Shown: one piece after another, positions 25,919 to 32,000 of the stretch | Layout: each line of letters starts with the position of its first letter | Position numbering within the stretch: the stretch's first letter is position 1 | DNA from: Candidatus Saccharimonadota bacterium | GTDB taxonomy: Bacteria > Patescibacteriota > Saccharimonadia > Saccharimonadales > UBA4665 | Length of the DNA stretch: 32,000 nt | NCBI GenBank assembly: GCA_963718045.1 | Contig: OY970350.1 | Coordinates: forward strand, 732,077 to 764,076 | Direction: 5' to 3' | The notes under the pieces: generated by a model | The model's database searches: none | What the model saw: only the letters and a program-made list of their open reading frames with translations | Told to the model about the DNA's origin: nothing | Program-made: the position numbers and the translations under genes

Positions 25919-26087
25919 AAAAATACCCTCTACTCCCAAGATAAGACGTTCGAGTAAAGGGTTCTGATGCTTTTGCTCGAAAGACTTTTTGTAGCTGTAT
26001 CGGACTTAGCATATTTAAATGCTTACCGTTGCGGCACAGTGAAGGATTCTAACCTTCTTCCAGCTTTTATTTGTTAAGGTATCTAAG

Positions 26088-26114
26088 AGTCTAGCATTAA
26101 AGTCTAAACACTAG
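26088..26114 (-). promoter_or_regulatory. candidate operator, site 2 (minus strand: CTAGTGT-TTAGACT-ttaatg-CTAGACT)
   Basis: It shares the 7-mers CTAGTGT and CTAGACT with the site at 26669..26687. It lies between the lexA-like stop and the 488-aa gene. Confidence 0.4.
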
Positions 26115-26129
26115 ATATAGTATTTTTAA

Positions 26130-26606
26130 CTATGACTGATCACCCTGGCGCTGTTTAAGAGCAGTCAGCCTGGGCATAAAACTTTGAGCGGCTCCGTCGA
26201 ATTGGAGGACTTTAAGAGCACCGACTAAAACATATAGATGATCGATACTTTCGTTCTTAATCTCATCACCCAGTCTTTCTAGATCAGAAAAGGCATGTTC
26301 AACTTTTTCAACCAGCCATTTTTCTTCAGATGGCGCTATGTAGTTTGACGTTATCTTAGTGTCTGATTTAGTGTCAATAACTTCAAGACTTCTGGCTGAG
26401 CGGTCTCTTTTTCTTAAGTGACCGCGTTTCATTAGATTATTAACGTGAAGAGCGACTGTGGCTACGGAGTTATAGTTAAGGCCGGCCATTATCTCTCTAT
26501 AGCTTGGGCTATAGCCATGTTCACTAATAAACTGCTCTATGTAGTTTAATAGCTCACGCTGTTTCTTAGTAGGGCGGATAGTTTCGTTCGTAGTTTGTTT
26601 ATCCAT
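26130..26606 (-). CDS. LexA-type winged-helix DNA-binding domain protein lacking the S24 peptidase domain
   Basis: The N-terminus KKQRELLNYIEQFISEHGYSPSYREIMAGLNYNSVATVALHVNNLMKRGHLRK matches the LexA DNA-binding domain pattern. The 80-aa C-terminus is helical-looking, with no Ser/Lys peptidase motifs. Confidence 0.75.
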   Translation of the reverse strand: MDKQTTNETIRPTKKQRELLNYIEQFISEHGYSPSYREIMAGLNYNSVATVALHVNNLMKRGHLRKRDRSARSLEVIDTKSDTKITSNYIAPSEEKWLVEKVEHAFSDLERLGDEIKNESIDHLYVLVGALKVLQFDGAAQSFMPRLTALKQRQGDQS

Positions 26607-26662
26607 AACTTTAGATTATGATACTTTTTATGCTTTATCGCTAGCCACCTGTGGACAACTTC

Positions 26663-26692
26663 TTGCTACTAGTGTCTTCTCTAGACTAGAAT
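26663..26692 (+). promoter_or_regulatory. promoter of the surface-protein/sortase operon (TTGCTA-18-TAGAAT) with candidate operator site 1 (CTAGTGT-cttct-CTAGACT) filling the spacer
   Basis: TTGCTA at 26663..26668, CTAGTGT at 26669..26675, CTAGACT at 26681..26687 and TAGAAT at 26687..26692. An AAAGGAAAA Shine-Dalgarno precedes the ATG at 26727. Confidence 0.45.
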
Positions 26693-26726
26693 AAAGGCAG
26701 ACCGCAAAAAATAAAAAGGAAAATAA

Positions 26727-27860
26727 ATGGTCTTAAAGAAAATAATTGCCTTGCCTGTTGCTGTATGTCTGGCATTATCGTCATTATTTGCCTTGGCCTT
26801 CATGGGTAACGCTCAGGCAATAGGTCCGCCTAGTTCGACTATTTATTGGTGTGGCACTACTGATGGTAATTTTAGTAATGCCAGTGACTGGAGTACAAGT
26901 GATGGCACCTGTATAGGCGGAATAACGCCAGCAAGCGGTGATTCCCTGGTTTTTGATACCGCTTACATAGACTCTACGGTTGATATAACTAACGACATGA
27001 GCTCTTTGTCACTGAATAATATTACTTTTGAGGGCACGGGCACTGGTTCTATAAATTACGAGCTAGATGGCAATGCTATTAGTTTAAGTGGCGGCATTAC
27101 TATAAATAGTAACTATACGTCAATAAACCTTCCCATAACGCTTACAAGCGATCAGCAATTAACAGGATCGGCTACCAGTCATGTAGGCTTTGGGAACAGT
27201 GCGAGTATAAATCTAAGCACATTTAATCTTACGGTCGCTTCTGACATAACGAACTTAAGACTCCCAACATTATCCGGCAGCGGTACATTAACTCTAAATA
27301 ATGGCACAAGCGCAATTTATTCTAGTGCATCCAGTTTCACTGGTGCAATAGTTATTAGTAGCGGAGCTACATTAGCCGTATATTCAGCGTCATATACCTA
27401 TACGCTACCGAACGATCTGACCATCGCTGGTAACGGGAGTTTAAACCAAGGAGCAATCCAGTCTTGTCTAGGTACGGTCACGACTTGCGAAGATAGTGGT
27501 GCAAATACAATTCTTACGCTATCTGGAAATGTTAGCTTAGCCGGCGATACAGAAGTAGCTAATGGTTTATATACTAGCGGCGGATCCGCACCCAGCAATA
27601 CTGCAACTTTTGATTTTACTGGTGACGTAACATATAACGGCTATACGCTAACTGCTGTTCCAAGCAGCTCAACCATCGTTAACCTACCCATCGTACCAGC
27701 GGTTAGTTCGGAAAAAACTCCTTCGTCACCTAATACTGGTACCGGCTTAAGCACTAATAAATCTGTCTATGCCGTTATAGGCGCAGCTATTATAGCTGGA
27801 ACGATATTTGTAAGCATCATAATTACCAAAAAGTACAAAGGTACAGTATCTAACAGATAA
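26727..27860 (+). CDS. secreted beta-helix-type surface protein with C-terminal cell-wall sorting-like signal
   Basis: Signal peptide ending in NAQA. Repeats of the autotransporter-associated beta-strand type (SGSGTLTLNNGTSAIYSSASSFTGAIVISSGATLAV). C-terminus SSPNTGTG...VYAVIGAAIIAGTIFVSIIITKKYKG (motif, then hydrophobic helix, then basic tail). Confidence 0.8.
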   Translation: MVLKKIIALPVAVCLALSSLFALAFMGNAQAIGPPSSTIYWCGTTDGNFSNASDWSTSDGTCIGGITPASGDSLVFDTAYIDSTVDITNDMSSLSLNNITFEGTGTGSINYELDGNAISLSGGITINSNYTSINLPITLTSDQQLTGSATSHVGFGNSASINLSTFNLTVASDITNLRLPTLSGSGTLTLNNGTSAIYSSASSFTGAIVISSGATLAVYSASYTYTLPNDLTIAGNGSLNQGAIQSCLGTVTTCEDSGANTILTLSGNVSLAGDTEVANGLYTSGGSAPSNTATFDFTGDVTYNGYTLTAVPSSSTIVNLPIVPAVSSEKTPSSPNTGTGLSTNKSVYAVIGAAIIAGTIFVSIIITKKYKGTVSNR

Positions 27861-27874
27861 AAGGGAATAAAGGC

Positions 27875-28768
27875 GTGGCTGATAGCATATTTGCTAACAT
27901 GGACAACCAGTCTGCAGGTAGCCGGCTAACTCAACCCGCCGGTCTCAGCCAACCTGTCTCAGAGATCCCTCTTAAGAAGCACAAATCTCATTACCCAATA
28001 ATGTCAGAGAGGTTTTTTCAAGCAGTACTGGAAGGAGCGTTTAGGTCTGAACCTGAGCCCCCAAAGAAGCACCGGCTAAATTTTAGCAAGCTTCAGTTTG
28101 CCATGTTATCTCTAGCAGTATTAACAATTTTAGTCGGGGGATACTTGAGCTTTATGGGCTGGCACTCAGCTAGCGTATCTCAAAAACAAGCAGTTAGCCT
28201 GACTAAGCTTGCTAACCAAGCTTATGCTAACGGATTAGGCGTATCATCTAAAAATGTAAATGCACCGAGTACTACGCCAATCTCTAGCTCTACCTTGGCA
28301 GCTTACAACGTAGCGCCTAATTTACCTAAGTACCTAATTATTCCCAAACTTAATGTTGATGCCAGAGTATTATCTGTTGGGGTTACTTCTTCGGGGGCAG
28401 TAGGTGCTCCTGAGGATATATACGATACTGCCTGGTATAACGAATCGGCTGAACCAGGTCAGCCTGGGGCTATGTTAATTGACGGGCACGTTTCAAGCTG
28501 GACAGCTCACGGTGTATTTTATGATCTTTCTAGCCTTAAGCCTGGCGATATAATCCGGGTTGAGAGAGGTGATAACACAATGTTTAGCTATAGCGTCATA
28601 AAAACAGTCATCTATCCAGTCAATAACGTAAACATGGAGGCAGCCCTGACTCCAGTTGTTGCTGGTCAGCCAGGCCTAAATCTTATCTCCTGCACTGGCG
28701 ATGTTATCCCGGGAACTAATTCATTCAGTGAACGGATAGTTGTTTTCGCTGTCCAAGTATCTTCCTAA
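27875..28768 (+). CDS. sortase family transpeptidase (class E/F-like), membrane-anchored
   Basis: TM helix LSLAVLTILVGGYLSFMGW. YLIIPKLNVDARVL, catalytic His in AMLIDGHVSSW, Cys in LNLISCTGD and Arg in SERIVVFAV. The start is GTG at 27875 or ATG at 27899. Confidence 0.85.
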   Translation: MADSIFANMDNQSAGSRLTQPAGLSQPVSEIPLKKHKSHYPIMSERFFQAVLEGAFRSEPEPPKKHRLNFSKLQFAMLSLAVLTILVGGYLSFMGWHSASVSQKQAVSLTKLANQAYANGLGVSSKNVNAPSTTPISSSTLAAYNVAPNLPKYLIIPKLNVDARVLSVGVTSSGAVGAPEDIYDTAWYNESAEPGQPGAMLIDGHVSSWTAHGVFYDLSSLKPGDIIRVERGDNTMFSYSVIKTVIYPVNNVNMEAALTPVVAGQPGLNLISCTGDVIPGTNSFSERIVVFAVQVSS

Positions 28769-28801
28769 AAATTGGGTAGCTTGAACTAAATTTAAAGACT
28801 A

Positions 28802-29194
28802 TTACTTCCTGGCATCAAGTAAACTTAAACCATTAACATGAGTATTAATAATGTTCTTGTCGGCAGTTACAAAGACACAGTTTTCCTTAAGGGCGACTGA
28901 TATAAGAGCGTTATCAAACGGGTCTTTATTGTTAGGATTGAAGATTTTATAATTTTCGAGCGTTTTTGCTTCAGGAAACGATATTGTAATATCCATCTCA
29001 GCTAAATCGTCAATTATCTCCGGATTAAAATCTAGCTTCCCAATTGCAGCTTTAATTGTAAGCTCAAATATTGAAAAGTAGCTTATATATAATTCGTTAG
29101 ATCTTTCTTCCAAGAGGTCAATGGTATTATCACCCAGCCGCTTATCCTGATTAACTAGCCAAAATAATATTTGCGTATCAATTAGCAATTTCAT
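28802..29194 (-). CDS. vapC: PIN-domain toxin VapC
   Basis: LLIDTQILFW (first acidic residue), FELTIK, DPFDNALIS and FVTADKN follow the PIN acidic-residue pattern. It starts 6 nt downstream of the antitoxin gene. Confidence 0.85.
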   Translation of the reverse strand: MKLLIDTQILFWLVNQDKRLGDNTIDLLEERSNELYISYFSIFELTIKAAIGKLDFNPEIIDDLAEMDITISFPEAKTLENYKIFNPNNKDPFDNALISVALKENCVFVTADKNIINTHVNGLSLLDARK

Positions 29195-29200
29195 TTAAGT

Positions 29201-29452
29201 TTACTCACCGTACATAAGTGAAGCGATTCTCTGGTCTGTCTGTTTAGAAAATGCTCCTGTTTTTTCTACAAGCTTGCCCTTAGCAATAGTGAAATTTCGG
29301 TGAGGAGTTAAGTGATTAAGGTCGCTGGGTATTTTATACAGAACTACCTCCGGCTGACCGAACCCGCCTATATAAACCTTATGGCCCTTTTTAGCAGCCG
29401 CGATATATTTACTCAAATTAGTTTTTGCATCGTGTATAGTAACTGTTTTCAT
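29201..29452 (-). CDS. Phd/YefM-family antitoxin
   Basis: MKTVTIHDAKTNLSKYIAAAKKGHKVYIGGFGQPEVVLYKI matches the prevent-host-death N-terminal fold pattern. Confidence 0.8.
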   Translation of the reverse strand: MKTVTIHDAKTNLSKYIAAAKKGHKVYIGGFGQPEVVLYKIPSDLNHLTPHRNFTIAKGKLVEKTGAFSKQTDQRIASLMYGE

Positions 29453-29458
29453 ATCTAC

Positions 29459-29487
29459 ATATTAGCTAAGTTAGCTAAGTTTGTCAA
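29459..29487 (-). promoter_or_regulatory. promoter of phd-vapC (TTGACA-17-TAATAT) with two tandem palindromic TTAGCTAA boxes in the spacer; ATG 6 nt after the -10 box
   Basis: Minus strand: TTGACA (29487..29482) and TAATAT (29464..29459). TTAGCTAA occurs at 29462..29469 and 29471..29478. The start codon is at 29452. The element sits in the last codons of the upstream O-antigen-ligase-like gene. Confidence 0.6.
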
Positions 29488-30787
29488 TACTTTTTGGTGG
29501 ACTGGCAATGGCTATTCCAGCCATCCCCCACCATAAGTAACATAAAGTGTCATCTGTCCAGGCTTCAAGCAGCATGTTAACAATAATAAGGCCTAAGAGG
29601 CTGGCCAGCAGTGCCAGGGCTAAAGTATCTTCTCTTCTCGCCCAGAGAGACATAATAACAAGGACGCTGATGGCTATATATACGATTAGGCCAATAACGC
29701 CAAGTTCCTGACCAATCTGAATATAGTAGTTCTCTGGGATACGGGTTATTTTCTTATTATAGACAGAAGCTGGGCCAGAAGTACCTGGTCCCTTGCCTAA
29801 CGGATCTTTGGCTATGTCCTTAACACCGTTTTTTATTGAGCTGCTATGACCTTGGTCTGATGTTGCCTTAATAGCCGAGTTCTTTTGGGTATGAAAAACT
29901 ATGTTTTGTACTCTCGTGTTATTACGCTCTAAAGTAAATATACCGGCTAGTAAGATAATTAGTGCCAGACCAATATATATAAGGTTTCTTTTAAGGACCT
30001 TGGACTTGACACCAAAATATATAGCAAAGATAACTGACACAAATAGACCTAGCCAAGCACTTCTTGAGTAGCTGAATATGAGTACGATTAAGCCGCCAGC
30101 GGTAAAAAGAGCTAATTGCCAAGCTTTCTTGCCTCTAACTAATAGTACGGCTGCAAGACTTAGCGGAACGAGCAGGTAGGCTCCCAGGGCGTCAGATCCT
30201 CTTAGAGTAGAGAGAATACGGATGTAATGAAGGTTATTGTTTATTGTTTGGTAAGGCCTGATTGTATTAGGCCCGTAGCCAAAATGGCTTAAGAAGCCTC
30301 TTGGCAGGACAAATACTTCAAGTAGCCCGAAAATGATGACAATTAGGGCTGGATATAAAATTAGTTTTATTGATTTATTCTTAAGTAAAGAGGTCTTTTT
30401 AGCAGCTATGAAGCTCACCACAAAGAAAAGTAGATACCGGCAATCACTTAACCAGCCGTATAAAAGAGCTTTAGTGTTATCGCCGCCATTTGAATGGGCA
30501 ATAAGGCCCCAAATTAGTTCGATAACAAAAAAGATTAGTATTAACCTGATAAGCCAGGAGTTTATTAATATCTTACGTAGTTTTTTGTCTGTTAAAACAA
30601 TAAAGGCTGAGCAAAGAAGAATAATAACCAGTAAAAATTCTTTCCAGAGTCTTAGAGCTGTGTAATGACCGATAAGAGAGCTCATCCAGACTGTTAAAAA
30701 GGCATGGAAAGGAATGAGCACTAAGATTATAATAATCAAAGCAGCTGACAAGGAAGTAGCAAGTTGTTTAGCCCGGGCATTATTCAT
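29471..30787 (-). CDS. O-antigen ligase/Wzy_C-like polytopic membrane protein
   Basis: About 10 or more TM helices. FSYSRSAWLGLFVSVIF resembles the Wzy_C core motif, and there is a periplasmic-type loop between helices. Confidence 0.7.
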   Translation of the reverse strand: MNNARAKQLATSLSAALIIIILVLIPFHAFLTVWMSSLIGHYTALRLWKEFLLVIILLCSAFIVLTDKKLRKILINSWLIRLILIFFVIELIWGLIAHSNGGDNTKALLYGWLSDCRYLLFFVVSFIAAKKTSLLKNKSIKLILYPALIVIIFGLLEVFVLPRGFLSHFGYGPNTIRPYQTINNNLHYIRILSTLRGSDALGAYLLVPLSLAAVLLVRGKKAWQLALFTAGGLIVLIFSYSRSAWLGLFVSVIFAIYFGVKSKVLKRNLIYIGLALIILLAGIFTLERNNTRVQNIVFHTQKNSAIKATSDQGHSSSIKNGVKDIAKDPLGKGPGTSGPASVYNKKITRIPENYYIQIGQELGVIGLIVYIAISVLVIMSLWARREDTLALALLASLLGLIIVNMLLEAWTDDTLCYLWWGMAGIAIASPPKSIDKLS

Positions 30788-30848
30788 AAGTGTTACTGAT
30801 TATTATACAGGGGCAAGATGAACGCGCTATACTAATGCATATTCAAGA

Positions 30849-32000
30849 ATGCGAAATAACACCTCAATAATCTATAACATATGCCTGCTAATTGGTGATG
30901 GTATTGCCTTAATTGGCGGGCTTAGTATTGCCTACATACTGCGTGTTTCCATATCCCACGTACCAATAACTGCCAGTGTATCGGCAAGCACTTATCTTAA
31001 GTTTTTGTTAATTCTAGCCCCCTTTTGGCTACTTACCTTCGCCATCTTAGGCTTATATACCGAAAGATATTATGAAAACAGATTTAAAGAGCTGGCAAGA
31101 CTTGCCGTTGGTACATTTGTTGGCATAATGTTTGCCATTTCCTACAGCTACATGATTAATCGCCCGATCTTCCCGGCAAGACTCGTGGTTATATACGGCT
31201 TTATCTTTTCACTTGTAGCCGTCTTTATCTTTAGAACGGTAGCTAGAGCTATCCAAAGAAAAACATTTAGTTACGGCATAGGCCTTAACAACGTCCTAAT
31301 CGTTGGTGATACTAAAATGACAAAAAATATTATTGATTCACTGCCTACTAAAATAACCGGCTATAAGATCATTGGTATTGTTGGCTGTAAGAAGAACGCT
31401 TTAGGTAAAGAGCTAAATATTAATACCTATGACAGTTTTAGTGAAGCTGTATCTAAAATACATAACAAACAAATGCATACCATAATCCAAACTGAACTGT
31501 ACCCGGCTGCAAAAGATAATGACGAGATATTAAACTACGCCCAGTCTAATCATATTGCCTACCGCTTCGTACCAGGAAACAGTGAGTTATTTGTTGGTAA
31601 TATTGAGGTTGATTTACTGCAGTCTATGCCAATTATTGCCGTGCATCAGACAGCATTAATAGGCTGGGGTAAAGTAGTTAAGAGGCTAACGGATCTTATT
31701 GTTGGTCTAATACTATTACTGATAAGTTTGCCATTTGCTTTGCTGGTAATTATTGCTCAAAAAGTTAGTTGTCCTACGGGACCGGTGTTTTACAAGGTTA
31801 ATCGCTATTCGAGATACGGTCAGATTGTCACTATATATAAATTTAGATCTTTAAAACCTGCTTATTCAAACATGAGCCCTGAAGAAGGTTTTAAGAAGAT
31901 GGGCCGTCCGGAACTAATAAAAGAGTACCGGGATAACGGCGATAAACTAGACAATGACCTAAGAATTAGCCGTCTTGGTAAATTCTTAAGACAAACTAGT
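30849..32000 (+). CDS. polyprenyl glycosylphosphotransferase (WbaP/exopolysaccharide-type sugar transferase), partial; runs off the right edge
   Basis: My translation from the ATG at 30849 gives MRNNTSIIYNICLLIGDGIALIGG... and four N-terminal TM helices. A Rossmann-like segment follows (VLIVGDTKMTKNII ... GYKIIGIVG). The Bac_transf domain then begins: KRLTDLIVGLILLLISLPFALLVIIAQKVSCPTGPVFYKVNRYSRYGQIVTIYKFRSL...RISRLGKFLRQTS. Confidence 0.85.
   Translation, partial: MRNNTSIIYNICLLIGDGIALIGGLSIAYILRVSISHVPITASVSASTYLKFLLILAPFWLLTFAILGLYTERYYENRFKELARLAVGTFVGIMFAISYSYMINRPIFPARLVVIYGFIFSLVAVFIFRTVARAIQRKTFSYGIGLNNVLIVGDTKMTKNIIDSLPTKITGYKIIGIVGCKKNALGKELNINTYDSFSEAVSKIHNKQMHTIIQTELYPAAKDNDEILNYAQSNHIAYRFVPGNSELFVGNIEVDLLQSMPIIAVHQTALIGWGKVVKRLTDLIVGLILLLISLPFALLVIIAQKVSCPTGPVFYKVNRYSRYGQIVTIYKFRSLKPAYSNMSPEEGFKKMGRPELIKEYRDNGDKLDNDLRISRLGKFLRQTS

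Noticed and set aside
26030-26060. T-arm-like hairpin GAAGG-TTAGAAT-CCTTC on the minus strand, suggesting a tRNA or tmRNA fragment
   Set aside because: There is no matching acceptor stem, D arm or CCA context on either side, so this is an isolated 5-bp hairpin only.
1-32000. Alternative genetic code (UGA recoding, as in some candidate phyla)
   Set aside because: TGA terminates at least two well-supported ORFs (5357 and 18481), and the conserved proteins read through without in-frame TGA codons. The standard bacterial code fits.
1-32000. CRISPR arrays, rRNA genes, IS elements, integrases or prophage genes
   Set aside because: I saw no regularly spaced repeats, no rRNA-like conserved strings and no transposase or integrase motifs in any frame.

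Overview
The window is gene-dense and mostly minus-strand. It looks like a small-genome, Gram-positive-type bacterium, possibly Patescibacteria/Saccharibacteria-like. That assignment is inferred from gene content only; no rRNA or other marker is present. The standard code applies, since TGA is used as a stop at 5357 and 18481. Housekeeping genes I can support: ftsH (partial), tilS, dus, an ABC-2 exporter pair, a murC-family ligase, an archaeal-type aspS, nadD, a DsbA-like oxidoreductase, an FtsB/DivIC-like protein and an HD hydrolase. Envelope genes: a signal-peptide beta-helix surface protein plus sortase, an O-antigen-ligase-like protein and a WbaP-like phosphotransferase (partial). There are two type II toxin-antitoxin pairs (MazEF-like, Phd/VapC), a DUF4143-type AAA ATPase, and many membrane-anchored or orphan proteins. 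There are three tRNA genes, all with anticodon CAU. The strongest finding is that one of them (Ile2-like) is split in its anticodon loop by a compact ~203-nt group I intron with an Azoarcus/cyanobacterial IC3-type core. Other observations: (a) a LexA-DNA-binding-domain-only regulator flanked on both sides by a shared CTAGTGT/CTAGACT motif, one copy inside the promoter of the divergent adhesin-sortase operon; (b) many start codons sit 6-10 nt after a consensus -10 box with no Shine-Dalgarno, implying leaderless mRNAs; (c) ~22-bp direct repeats bracket the HD gene; (d) a stand-alone RNB domain protein; (e) several large orphan proteins; (f) two unusually long intergenic gaps with orphan promoter-like elements. 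I found no CRISPR array, rRNA, transposase or integrase. All calls come from reading the sequence and translations; no database search was run.
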